NCBI GenBank assembly: GCA_964432125.1
Contig: CAYSMO010000003.1
Span: 1-43,859 of the forward strand
DNA: 43,859 nucleotides
Source of the DNA: an uncultured Bacteroidaceae bacterium
GTDB lineage: Bacteria; Bacteroidota; Bacteroidia; Bacteroidales; GCA-2748055
Reading direction: 5' to 3'
Part shown: positions 19,431-29,247 of the stretch, piece after piece
Layout: each line of letters begins with the position of its first letter
Numbering within the stretch: position 1 is the stretch's first letter
The notes under the pieces: model-generated
What the model was told of the DNA's origin: nothing
Database searches by the model: none
What the model saw: only the letters and a program-made list of their open reading frames with translations
Translations under genes and position numbers: made by a program

Positions 19431-19467
19431 AAAAAAAAAGCAGTAAAATCAAAGTTTTACTGCTTTT
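19431..19467 (-). terminator. Intrinsic terminator downstream of ppdK
   Basis: Inverted repeat AAAAGCAGTAAAA (19436-19448) / TTTTACTGCTTTT (19455-19467), 6-nt loop; the A9 run at 19431-19439 gives a U-tract on the minus strand. Confidence 0.75.
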
Positions 19468-19491
19468 AAAGTTCCGGCCCTTACCAGGCTT

Positions 19492-22209
19492 TTATCGCTG
19501 GTATTTAACAGATGCCTGAGCAGCTGCCAATCTGGCGATAGGTACGCGGAAAGGTGAGCAACTTACATAATTCATACCAACCTTGTAACAAAATTCTACT
19601 GAATCAGGATCTCCTCCATGTTCACCACAGATTCCGACCTTGAGTTCAGGTTTGGTGGTTCTTCCTTTAGAAACACCAATTTCAACCAATTGACCGATAC
19701 CTTCCTGATCAAGCGTCTGGAACGGATCCATTTTCAGTATTCCCTGCTTAATATAAATAGGGAGGAACTTACCTGCATCATCACGAGAATAACCAAATCC
19801 CATCTGGGTAAGGTCATTCGTCCCGAACGAGAAAAACTCTGCATGCTCCGCGATGGTATCAGCTGTGAGTGCTGCACGGGGAATCTCAATCATGGTTCCA
19901 ACAAGGTATTCACAAGTCTCTCCTTTCTCAGCAAAAACCTGCTCAGCCGTTGCCCTGATTATTTCTTCCTGGAGTTTGAACTCCTTCATCGTACCGATCA
20001 GAGGAACCATTATTTCCGGCCGCGCATCAACACCCTTTTTCTTCAGGTTTACTGCGGCCTCAATAATCGCCCTTGCTTGCATTTCAGTAATTTCCGGATA
20101 AGTAATTCCCAAACGGCAACCCCTGTGTCCAAGCATTGGGTTAAATTCATGAAGATCATCAACAAGTGCTTTGATCTGGTCAACTGTTACTCCCATCTGA
20201 TCAGCCATTGCCTTTTGATTCGCATCATCATGAGGAACAAATTCGTGTAGTGGTGGATCCAGCAAACGAATAGTAACTCCATAACCTGCCATTGCTTCAA
20301 GGATTCCTTCAAAGTCCTCACGCTGGTAAGGAAGCAATTTGTCAAGTGCCTTGCGACGCTCAGCCTCATTGGACGCAAGAATCATCTCGCGCATTGCAAT
20401 GATTCGCTCACCTTCAAAAAACATATGCTCTGTACGTGTCAGGCCAATTCCTTTTGCTCCGAAATCCCTCGCAACTTTTGCATCTGCCGGAGTATCAGCA
20501 TTTGTTCTAACATCCATTTTTGTCAGTTTCTCTGCCAGTTCAAGAATTGCTGCAAAGTCACCACTCAATTCCGGGTCAATCGTTTCAATCTTTCCTTCAT
20601 AGACATTTCCTTCACCCCCATCCAACGAAATCCAATCACCCTCATTAAATACTTTTCCATCAACCGTCATGGTGCGGGTCTTATAATTAATCCGTACTGA
20701 GCCAGCGCCGGAAACACAGCATTTACCCATACCCCTGGCAACAACTGCAGCATGGGAAGTCATACCACCCCGGGCTGTCAGAATCCCTCTGGCAATATTC
20801 ATCCCTTCGAGATCTTCCGGTGAAGTCTCAATGCGCACCAATATTGATTCAGCATACTTGTCAGCCTCATCAGCAAAGAAAACTATCTGTCCGGTTGCTG
20901 CTCCAGGTGAAGCAGGTAGTCCGTTGGCAACAATAGTGGCTTTCGCCAACATTTTTTTGTCAAAGACCGGGTGAAGAAGTTCATCAAGTTTCGCCGGTTC
21001 CTGACGAAGAAGTGCCGTTTTCTCGTCAATCAGTCCATCACGTAGAAGATCCATAGCAATCTTCACCATAGAAGCCGCTGTTCTTTTTCCATTTCTGGTT
21101 TGTAACATCCAGAGTTTGCCATCCTGTATGGTAAACTCGATATCCTGCATATCCTTGTAATGATTCTCCAGTTTCGTCTGGGTTTCATCAAGCTCCTTAT
21201 ATACAGCCGGCATTAATTCCTCCAAAGAAGGAAATTTTGACACTCTATCTTCTTCTGAAACCTTTGCCAGTGAAGCCCAGCGAAGGGAGCCCTCCTTGGT
21301 AATCTGCTGTGGAGTTCGCACACCCGCAACAACATCCTCGCCCTGGGCATCTATCAGGTATTCACCATTAAAGATATCCTCACCGGTAGCTGCATCCCTG
21401 GTAAATGCAACACCTGTACCAGAATTGCTACCCATATTACCAAATACCATAGCCTGAACGTTTACCGCAGTTCCCCACTCTTCGGGAATCTGGTGCATCT
21501 GACGATAATATTTTGCTCTTGGAGTTTGCCAGCTATCAAATACTGCCATCACAGCTCCCCAGAGCTGATCCCATGGATTAACCGGAAAATCATGACCTGT
21601 TTTTGCTTTTACTGCTGCTTTGAATTTTGCGACAAGCTCCTTCATGTCCTCAATATCCAACTCATTGTCATTCTGAACACCCTTCGCCTCTTTCATCTCT
21701 TCGAGAATCTCTTCGAATGGATCGATATCTTCCTTGCTCTCTGGCTTCATTCCCAGAACAACATCACCATACATCTGAACAAATCTCCTGTAGCTGTCCC
21801 ATGCAAATTTTTCATTGCCTGTTTTTGCAATAAGTCCCTGAACGGCATCTTCATTCATACCCAGGTTCAACACTGTATCCATCATTCCCGGCATAGAAAC
21901 CCTTGCTCCTGAACGAACTGACATCAGACATGGATTTTCATTGCTACCGAATTTGGTACCCATGATCTTTTCCACATTCTCCATGGCAGCTTCAACCTCT
22001 TCCTTCAACAATTTGACCACCTCTTCCTGACCAATTTTGTTGTACTCTGTACAGACCTCTGTGGTAATTGTAAATCCCGGAGGTACCGGAACACCGATTA
22101 GATTCATTTCAGCCAGGTTGGCACCTTTACCGCCCAGCAAATTTTTCATGTCAGCTTTTCCTTCAGCTTTCTTGTCTCCAAAGGTATAAACGCGTTTTAA
22201 TTTTGACAT
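19492..22209 (-). CDS. ppdK: Pyruvate, phosphate dikinase
   Basis: LLGGKGANLAEM, SVRSGA, GGMTSHAAVVARG (phospho-His), GTNDLTQ, GICGEHGG. Confidence 0.99.
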   Translation of the reverse strand: MSKLKRVYTFGDKKAEGKADMKNLLGGKGANLAEMNLIGVPVPPGFTITTEVCTEYNKIGQEEVVKLLKEEVEAAMENVEKIMGTKFGSNENPCLMSVRSGARVSMPGMMDTVLNLGMNEDAVQGLIAKTGNEKFAWDSYRRFVQMYGDVVLGMKPESKEDIDPFEEILEEMKEAKGVQNDNELDIEDMKELVAKFKAAVKAKTGHDFPVNPWDQLWGAVMAVFDSWQTPRAKYYRQMHQIPEEWGTAVNVQAMVFGNMGSNSGTGVAFTRDAATGEDIFNGEYLIDAQGEDVVAGVRTPQQITKEGSLRWASLAKVSEEDRVSKFPSLEELMPAVYKELDETQTKLENHYKDMQDIEFTIQDGKLWMLQTRNGKRTAASMVKIAMDLLRDGLIDEKTALLRQEPAKLDELLHPVFDKKMLAKATIVANGLPASPGAATGQIVFFADEADKYAESILVRIETSPEDLEGMNIARGILTARGGMTSHAAVVARGMGKCCVSGAGSVRINYKTRTMTVDGKVFNEGDWISLDGGEGNVYEGKIETIDPELSGDFAAILELAEKLTKMDVRTNADTPADAKVARDFGAKGIGLTRTEHMFFEGERIIAMREMILASNEAERRKALDKLLPYQREDFEGILEAMAGYGVTIRLLDPPLHEFVPHDDANQKAMADQMGVTVDQIKALVDDLHEFNPMLGHRGCRLGITYPEITEMQARAIIEAAVNLKKKGVDARPEIMVPLIGTMKEFKLQEEIIRATAEQVFAEKGETCEYLVGTMIEIPRAALTADTIAEHAEFFSFGTNDLTQMGFGYSRDDAGKFLPIYIKQGILKMDPFQTLDQEGIGQLVEIGVSKGRTTKPELKVGICGEHGGDPDSVEFCYKVGMNYVSCSPFRVPIARLAAAQASVKYQR

Positions 22210-22288
22210 TCTACTATTATTTTAAGTGTTAATAATGAACATGTTAAGAACAAATAACCTTTTAAGATATCTGTTTTTATAGAAAAAA

Positions 22289-22296
22289 CAAATTTA
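22289..22296 (-). promoter_or_regulatory. Sigma-A -7 element for ppdK
   Basis: TAAATTTG on the minus strand, ~80 nt upstream of the ppdK ATG. Confidence 0.55.
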
Positions 22297-22371
22297 CTCA
22301 AAAAAACGATAAAACAATTCTAAATAAAGTTAAATAAACGTTACCCGGGTTGGGTATAGCCCTCCTTGAAT

Positions 22372-23280
22372 TTATCTGGAAGACCTGGGATGATGACTGA
22401 CAATCGCTTCCCTCAGATATTCACGATCAAGATGGGTGTATATCTCCGTCGTAACAATAGATTCATGCCCAAGCATTTCCTGTACAGCCCTTAAATCTGC
22501 CCCCCCGTTTACCAGGTGGGTAGCAAAAGAGTGCCTGAAGGTATGGGGACTGACATGCTTCTTGAGTCCTGCTTTTTCCTTTAAATCCTTTATTATAGTA
22601 AATACCATTACCCTGGTTAGCTTATTGCCCCTCCTGTTAAGAAACAAGAGATCTACATTTCCCTTGTCAATATTCAACATGGAATTTCTATCGGGCATGT
22701 AAAGATCTATCTCATGCAGTGCCGATTGACTGATGGGGATAATGCGTTCCTTATTACCTTTACCTATAACTCTTAAATAGCCTTCTTCACTGTAAATATC
22801 TGTTATCCTCACATTTATTAGCTCGCTCACTCGTAATCCACAACTATAAAGGACCTCAAGCATTGCTTTATTTCTCTGCCCCTCCGGCTTACTGAGATCG
22901 ATCTTTGAGAAGAGAAGATCAATCTCCCCAACAGTCAACACCTCCGGTAACTTCCTTCCTGTTTTTGGGCCCTCCAGCATAAGGGCAGGATCTGCTGTGA
23001 TCTTCTCATCGATAACCAGATATTTAAAAAATGACCTGATACCGGAGATGATCCGTGATTGGCTGCGCGCATTTACCCCTGTTGCATTGACCCAATGAAC
23101 AAAATCGTGAAGCAATTGGTCATTAATTAGTTCCGGACCACCTTCAAAGTCGGTTTCATCCAAATATTTGAGCAGCTTTTTCAGGTCGTTCTCATAGGCC
23201 TTTACAGAATTCTCTGCCAAACCTTTCTCCAGTTTCAGATAACTTAGGTAGGCGCGAATATCCGACTCCCATTTTCTCAT
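22372..23280 (-). CDS. xerD: Site-specific tyrosine recombinase XerD
   Basis: GLRVSEL, GKGNKER, SPHTFRHSFATH, DLRAVQEMLGH, TTEIYTH. Confidence 0.93.
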   Translation of the reverse strand: MRKWESDIRAYLSYLKLEKGLAENSVKAYENDLKKLLKYLDETDFEGGPELINDQLLHDFVHWVNATGVNARSQSRIISGIRSFFKYLVIDEKITADPALMLEGPKTGRKLPEVLTVGEIDLLFSKIDLSKPEGQRNKAMLEVLYSCGLRVSELINVRITDIYSEEGYLRVIGKGNKERIIPISQSALHEIDLYMPDRNSMLNIDKGNVDLLFLNRRGNKLTRVMVFTIIKDLKEKAGLKKHVSPHTFRHSFATHLVNGGADLRAVQEMLGHESIVTTEIYTHLDREYLREAIVSHHPRSSR

Positions 23281-23369
23281 TAGCAGGCAGTATTATGGGC
23301 GCAAGATATTAAGAATAGTTATTGAATGTAATGAATACTTACACTCTTTTTTCAATCACAAGTTTAATG

Positions 23370-23377
23370 TAAATTTG
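23370..23377 (+). promoter_or_regulatory. Sigma-A -7 element immediately before ATG 23382 (possible leaderless transcript)
   Basis: TAAATTTG followed by only CAGC and then ATG. Confidence 0.55.
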
Positions 23378-23381
23378 CAGC

Positions 23382-23879
23382 ATGATAAAGAGGCTGATTT
23401 TTCTTCTGATTTGTTCAATTGCATCAACTAATTCATTGTCCCATCCTGTGCATGTTTCTGTGGTAAACATCAGCATTGACGGTTTGTTGATGGATGTAAG
23501 TGTTCAGACATTTGTAGATGATTGGGAGACTGCCTATTTTCATTATTTTGGAAAGAGCATTCAGCTTAAGGAACCTGAGAATCTGGAAGGGGAATGGTTT
23601 AACCGATACTTTCTTGAATCTTTCAAAATAAGCAGCAAAAAAAGTAAGAGCAGAATACATCTTATTCAGGATACAGTATATTTTAATGATTTGTCCATGA
23701 CAATGGAAATGCATGCAAAATTGAAGGAAGAGCCCGATTCTTTGTACATTTACAATTCCATTCTTACAGATATTTTTGCAGACCAGACAAACCTGCTAAT
23801 ATATTCAGTGAATGGGCTGGAAAAAGGCATAAGATTTGATTATTACAAACATGAAGAAATTGTGACACTGGCAAGATAA
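23382..23879 (+). CDS. Secreted protein, DUF6702-like
   Basis: Signal peptide followed by HPVHVSV; F.DD.E motif; NSILTDIFADQTNLL. Confidence 0.75.
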   Translation: MIKRLIFLLICSIASTNSLSHPVHVSVVNISIDGLLMDVSVQTFVDDWETAYFHYFGKSIQLKEPENLEGEWFNRYFLESFKISSKKSKSRIHLIQDTVYFNDLSMTMEMHAKLKEEPDSLYIYNSILTDIFADQTNLLIYSVNGLEKGIRFDYYKHEEIVTLAR

Positions 23880-23880
23880 C

Positions 23881-26508
23881 ATGAAGCGATTATTCCCCAT
23901 ACTCTGCCTTATACTTTTTTTTGGAGAACCGGTTTCTGCTACACATAACCGTGCAGGAGAGATTACCCTTAAACAGCTTGATGATTACACCTATGAGATA
24001 CTGATAACAACTTTTACCTATACCGAGAGTCAGGCCGACAGATCATCCCTCGAAGTTAAATGGGGCGACAATACAACATCTTTCGCTCCGCGAATAAGCA
24101 TTACACGATTGCCCAACTTTTATCAAAAAAACATTTATATTACCCAACATACATTCCCCGGTCCGGGAACCTATGAAATTGTAGTTCAGGATCCCAACCG
24201 AAACCTGGGGGTTCTGAATATTCCAAATTCGGTGAATGTTATTTTCTCCATAAAAACAACCATTTCAATCAATCCGGCCATCGGAAAGAATTCCACACCT
24301 GTTCTGCTCAATCCTCCCATCGACAGAGCGGCACGCAATCAACTCTTTATTCATAATCCTGCAGCATATGATCCTGACGGGGACAGTATATCCTATAAAC
24401 TAACTGTATGTACAGAAGAAGACGGAAGACCCATAGAAAATTACGAGTTTCCTGAAGCGACGGACACGCTGTTTGTTGATCCGGTAACAGGTGACCTTAA
24501 CTGGAAAAACCCCAAAATTGTCGGCACATATAATATTGCAATTGATATCGAAGAGTGGAGAGACGGTGTCAAGATCGGGAATATAGTACGGGACATGCAA
24601 ATTGAAGTGTATGACACGGATAATCAAGCCCCGGTGCTGGACACTATTCATGACTATTGTGTGGAGGCAGGTACCGATATAGCATTTCGCATAATAGCCA
24701 ATGACATAGACAACGATTCAATCGAATTATCAGCTGCCGGAGGTCCTTTTGTTGTTGCGCAACAACAAGCAACCTTTACTACAGATATGAGCGCCTTCGG
24801 ACCAGGTCGAAGTGAAGCTGATTTCCTGTGGCAGACCAATTGCAGGCATGTAAGACAACAACCCTATAATGTTATTTTTAAAGCCGAAGACAATGATCAG
24901 GAAACCAGACTTGTCGATATTATGAATGTTAATCTGACAGTAATTGGATCTGCTCCGGAAGCCCCTCAACTCACGGCTGCTTCAAACAGTATTTCCGTAC
25001 GATGGAAAACCGATCCATGTCCGGCTGTAATAGGATACAGGCTCTATAGGAAAAGAGGACCATCCGGTTATACCCCTGACTTTTGTGTAACCGGAGTACC
25101 CGCATCTACCGGCTATGAAACGATAGCATTGATAAATGGAAGAAATGACACGATCTACACCGACGATAACAATGGTGCAGGACTCGAGCAGGGGATTGAG
25201 TATTGCTATATTGTAGTATCTGTTTATCCGGACGGAGCACTCAGTCTGCCAAGTAATGAATCATGCTCACCACTTGTTGCGGGCGTGCCTGCAATTATGC
25301 AGGCCAGCGTGACAAAAAACAGCCAAATGGGCGATATCGAACTCAGATGGGTTCAACCGCGTGATCTGGATACGATCCCGGCAACCGGTCCATATGAGTA
25401 TGTGATAACCAGAAGCAAAGGCCTCGTCGGACAGGGTGAGCAACAGGTTTTTTCAAAACTTACCGCAGATATCTCCGACACTATTTTTACCGATACTGAT
25501 GTAAACACTGAACTTTTTCCATACTCATATGAGGTGTTGCTTTATAATGATGCGCCCGATAACAGGTTTCCCATCAGCGATACCAATAAAACTGAACTCG
25601 CCTCCTCTTTCTATCCTCAACTCATAGGGGGTGATAACCAGATTGAAATAAAGATGATAAAAAATGTACCCTGGATCAATTACGATTATACTATTTTCAG
25701 GCACAATGAAGCATCTGGTCTTTTTGATTCAATCGGGTTTACAACTGTTCCTGTATATATTGACAGGGGACTGAAAAATGGACAGGAGTACTGCTACAAA
25801 GTCAAGAGCACCGGCTGGCGAAATATTGAAGGAGAGTTATACGAAAATGAGAACTACAGCCATATAAATTGTACCATGCCGGTGGATTCAATTCCTCCCT
25901 GCACCCCAATTCTGAGCGGAAGATCGTTCTGTGATGAATTCTATAATTTACTTACCTGGCGTTTCGCAGCAGATTCCTGCCTGGAGGATGTTGTAGGTTA
26001 TAAGTTATATTACTCACCGACGATATCCGGAACCCCTGAAATAATTGAAGAATACGACAGTCAAAGAACCGATACCTCGTTTATTCATGAGAGATCAGAT
26101 GAAACACTTACCGGTTGTTATTACATCAGTGCAGTTGACTCCTTTGCCAACGAATCTCCATTATCAGTACAGCTTTGTCTGGATGAGTGCTCCAACTATA
26201 TATTGCCAAATGTTTTCTCCCCGAACAATGATAGGAAAAACGATCTTTTTGTACCCCTGCGTACCGCATATGTCGATAAGGTGGATTTCCAGGTCTTCAA
26301 CAGATGGGGGTTGCTTGTGTTTAGAACAGAGGATCCTGATTTAAACTGGGATGGAAAAATACTTGGTACGAATAAAGTGGTCTCACCAGGGGTCTATTAT
26401 TATATTTGCGAAGTTTTTGAACCCCGACTTACAGGGCCGGAATCCTATACGCTTACAGGATTCATACATGTCTTCTCAGGTAACGAAAACGAAGTTATTA
26501 TAGAATAA
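23881..26508 (+). CDS. T9SS cargo with type-B (gliding motility-associated) C-terminal domain and Ig/FN3-like domains
   Basis: Signal peptide + THNRAGEI; DPDGDS; FN3-like segments (GYRLYR, EYCY); C-terminal PNVFSPNND..ND.F..VFNRWG..WDG..GVYYY. Confidence 0.92.
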   Translation: MKRLFPILCLILFFGEPVSATHNRAGEITLKQLDDYTYEILITTFTYTESQADRSSLEVKWGDNTTSFAPRISITRLPNFYQKNIYITQHTFPGPGTYEIVVQDPNRNLGVLNIPNSVNVIFSIKTTISINPAIGKNSTPVLLNPPIDRAARNQLFIHNPAAYDPDGDSISYKLTVCTEEDGRPIENYEFPEATDTLFVDPVTGDLNWKNPKIVGTYNIAIDIEEWRDGVKIGNIVRDMQIEVYDTDNQAPVLDTIHDYCVEAGTDIAFRIIANDIDNDSIELSAAGGPFVVAQQQATFTTDMSAFGPGRSEADFLWQTNCRHVRQQPYNVIFKAEDNDQETRLVDIMNVNLTVIGSAPEAPQLTAASNSISVRWKTDPCPAVIGYRLYRKRGPSGYTPDFCVTGVPASTGYETIALINGRNDTIYTDDNNGAGLEQGIEYCYIVVSVYPDGALSLPSNESCSPLVAGVPAIMQASVTKNSQMGDIELRWVQPRDLDTIPATGPYEYVITRSKGLVGQGEQQVFSKLTADISDTIFTDTDVNTELFPYSYEVLLYNDAPDNRFPISDTNKTELASSFYPQLIGGDNQIEIKMIKNVPWINYDYTIFRHNEASGLFDSIGFTTVPVYIDRGLKNGQEYCYKVKSTGWRNIEGELYENENYSHINCTMPVDSIPPCTPILSGRSFCDEFYNLLTWRFAADSCLEDVVGYKLYYSPTISGTPEIIEEYDSQRTDTSFIHERSDETLTGCYYISAVDSFANESPLSVQLCLDECSNYILPNVFSPNNDRKNDLFVPLRTAYVDKVDFQVFNRWGLLVFRTEDPDLNWDGKILGTNKVVSPGVYYYICEVFEPRLTGPESYTLTGFIHVFSGNENEVIIE

Positions 26509-27710
26509 TGAAAGTTATTATAATCATATCACTGTTTTTTTTCCAGCATGTATCCGGGCAATCAGATATGAATGCTTTTCTGAAAGCCAGATCTCTGATG
26601 GAGGTCGAAAAATATGATTCAGCACTTCATTACCTGGATATAGCAATAAAGAATGACCACTACAATGTTGAATATATATACAACCGGGGGTTGTGTAATT
26701 TTAATTTGAACCTTTATGACAATGCCGTAGCTGACTTCCTGTTCGTTAATAAAAGAAGAAGCGGCATGGGTAGCCTCATGCTCGCAAAGACCGAAGCAAG
26801 GCTGAATCATCATGAATTAGCTATAAAATACCTGCGGGAACATTTAAGTTCGCATTATAAAATCCCTGAAAAGGATATACTTCTGGATAAGGATCTTTCC
26901 AAATTGGAATCTAGCGAAGTGTGGAGGTCTTTATGGAGGGAAAATGATTGGTACACGCCCTCAGACAAGGAACTTCAGGAGATTCTGTACATGAAATCAA
27001 GAGGCGAATACCTGGAGGTGATCAATCGGCTCAATAAACTTGAAGAAAGAAGATATAAAAGAACTGCGGTCAACCAGTACCTCGCAGAGACTTATCTGGC
27101 ATTGAACAATCAGAGGGCAGCGGCTGAAGCACTGGACAAATCTATTTATGCTGATATGAGGAATATGGAATCGCTCAAGCTAAGAATAAAACTGTATATA
27201 GAAAAAGGCGATTACGAGAAAGCAGAAAAAGATTGTAGTCGGTTGCTGCGGCAATCACCTGATGAATTCGAATACTACGTTGTTTCAGGAAAGATATACA
27301 GCCAACTCGAAAAATACGAAAAAGCAGTGGAATCCGTTAGTTTATATCTTCAATTTTATCCCGACAGCAGCAAAGCTTACAATGAGCTGGGATTGATCCA
27401 TTATAACAACGGGAAATACCTGGATGCAATGAAGTCCTTCAACCAGGCACTTTCAATCGATGAAGGAAATGCCTCCTATTTTTATAACAGGGGAAAAACC
27501 TATGCTGCTACTAAAACTCACAGATTTGCTCTAAGGGATTATTCAATGGCATTGGATCTGAATCCTGTTGATCCCGACATATGGTTTTCAAAAGGTTTAG
27601 CAGATCTGGAACTTAACAACAGAAGAGCCGCCTGCTTCAGTTTTAAAAAAGCATTTCAATATGGAAAATATGAGGCAAGGGATTATGTGGAAAAAATATG
27701 TAGAAACTAA
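26508..27710 (+). CDS. Tetratricopeptide repeat protein (probably periplasmic)
   Basis: Repeated TPR patterns (YNRG, AYNELG, WFSKG); short signal peptide; TAATG overlap with the upstream gene. Confidence 0.88.
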   Translation: MKVIIIISLFFFQHVSGQSDMNAFLKARSLMEVEKYDSALHYLDIAIKNDHYNVEYIYNRGLCNFNLNLYDNAVADFLFVNKRRSGMGSLMLAKTEARLNHHELAIKYLREHLSSHYKIPEKDILLDKDLSKLESSEVWRSLWRENDWYTPSDKELQEILYMKSRGEYLEVINRLNKLEERRYKRTAVNQYLAETYLALNNQRAAAEALDKSIYADMRNMESLKLRIKLYIEKGDYEKAEKDCSRLLRQSPDEFEYYVVSGKIYSQLEKYEKAVESVSLYLQFYPDSSKAYNELGLIHYNNGKYLDAMKSFNQALSIDEGNASYFYNRGKTYAATKTHRFALRDYSMALDLNPVDPDIWFSKGLADLELNNRRAACFSFKKAFQYGKYEARDYVEKICRN

Positions 27711-28249
27711 TGGAAACAAATCAGTTAAAACCAGAAAAGGCAAGAGTAGAAACCGAGAAAAGACAGATTGGCATACTCAGGTCCGGCAATTCATCAGCAA
27801 TCATTGATACCATTCAGGAAATCAGAAACCACGGAAGTGTTACCATTCTCCCGGAACTGATTGACCTATTGTTAATTTCAGAAAACAAAGAGATTATTAA
27901 TGCCTGTTCATCCTTACTGAATGATCTAAAAAATAAAGATTCTGTCAGATACCTTGTTTCTGCATTAGGAAATGAAAAATACAAACCTGTCAGACATATA
28001 CTCCTCTCGGCCTGCTGGCAGAACGGTCTGGATTTTCACGAGGATATACAAATCTTTGCTGATATTTTTCTTGAAGATGAATATCTCACTTCAGTTGAAG
28101 CCTTTACAGTTATTGAAAATAATTTGGGAAAATTGGAGGACCATGATATAGTTCAACTCATCAAAAAACTGAAGCGGGAAATTAATAAAGCAGATGATAA
28201 GAAAAAATTACTCATCAATGAGTTACTGTCAACAATTCGCAACTATTAA
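27710..28249 (+). CDS. HEAT-like helical repeat hypothetical protein
   Basis: 179 aa with amphipathic helix pairs (GSVTILPELIDLL, SVRYLVSAL, ACWQNGLD); TAATG overlap. Confidence 0.7.
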   Translation: METNQLKPEKARVETEKRQIGILRSGNSSAIIDTIQEIRNHGSVTILPELIDLLLISENKEIINACSSLLNDLKNKDSVRYLVSALGNEKYKPVRHILLSACWQNGLDFHEDIQIFADIFLEDEYLTSVEAFTVIENNLGKLEDHDIVQLIKKLKREINKADDKKKLLINELLSTIRNY

Positions 28250-28256
28250 ATCCGAA

Positions 28257-29234
28257 TCAGTGCATTTTGGAGAAATACTTAATAAACTGCGCCCGCTCAT
28301 AGGCGGCAGGATCCTTAAGTTTCGAATAACTCATTGCCCCTTGAAATTCGGCAATTGAGTGATACTTCTTTTTTTCCATCCAGGACTTGATCTCTCCAAC
28401 AATATCATTTACATAGTCAACCCCATTCCTATAAAGCACTGAGCAAACCTGAACAGCCTCTGCTCCGGCCAGCAACTGCTTCACTGCCCCAATTCCGCTA
28501 TGTACACCGGTAGAGGCAGAAATATCGAGCTTATCCACTTCTGATGAGATAATTCCCACCCAACGCAATGAATGCCTTATATCGGCCGGTGTACTTAAAA
28601 CTTCCGATGATCCCATGGTGAGATCATCTGTGTTAATATCAGGTGCATAGAAACGATTAAACAGAACTATAGCTGATGCCCCATTCAAGGATAGTTGTTC
28701 TGCCATCCACGACAGATTAGAAAAATGCATACCCACTTTTACCATAACTGGAACAGAGACTTTTTCCTTAACTGCCTTCAGTATATCCAGATAGGTGTTT
28801 TCATAACTGCGGGGATCCTTATTTTTATCATTCGCCAAATAATAAATATTCAGCTCGATCGCATCTGCTCCAGCCTCCTCCATCTGAGATGTAAAATCAA
28901 CCCATTCATTGCTGGAATAACAGTTCACACTTCCAATTACTGGAATATCAACCGCATCCTTAGCAGACCTGATTAGTTCCAGGTAATTACCAACTGAATT
29001 ATCCCGTGCATAATTTTTCAGATAGTCTGCAGCTTCGGGATAATCCCCTGCTGTTTCCATATTGCCTATCTCAAACTGTATCTGCTCTTCGAAAAGTGAT
29101 TTCAAAACCACTGCACCGGCTCCGGCATCTGCAATCTTTTTGATCCGGGTAACTGAGCTGGTCAGTCCACTGCTGGAGACAATGATCGGGCTTTTTAATT
29201 TCAAACCTGCATACCTGACTGATAGATCGACCAT
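28257..29234 (-). CDS. Dihydroorotate dehydrogenase-like flavoprotein
   Basis: YAGLKLKSPI, GAGAVVLKSL, IELN, PVMVK, TGVHS, AGAEAVQV; probable start MVDLSV at 29234; lacks the NxSCPN catalytic loop. Confidence 0.88.
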   Translation of the reverse strand: MVDLSVRYAGLKLKSPIIVSSSGLTSSVTRIKKIADAGAGAVVLKSLFEEQIQFEIGNMETAGDYPEAADYLKNYARDNSVGNYLELIRSAKDAVDIPVIGSVNCYSSNEWVDFTSQMEEAGADAIELNIYYLANDKNKDPRSYENTYLDILKAVKEKVSVPVMVKVGMHFSNLSWMAEQLSLNGASAIVLFNRFYAPDINTDDLTMGSSEVLSTPADIRHSLRWVGIISSEVDKLDISASTGVHSGIGAVKQLLAGAEAVQVCSVLYRNGVDYVNDIVGEIKSWMEKKKYHSIAEFQGAMSYSKLKDPAAYERAQFIKYFSKMH

Positions 29235-29247
29235 TTTACAATTTTTT

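Noticed and set aside
22372-23280. Tyrosine recombinase as marker of a prophage or integrative element
   Set aside because: It has housekeeping XerD motifs and size, with no phage, conjugation or att features and no compositional shift around it.
26492-26522. 11-nt direct repeat AAGTTATTATA across the T9SS cargo/TPR gene junction
   Set aside because: Short, AT-rich and only two copies; both ORFs are intact and no element lies between them.
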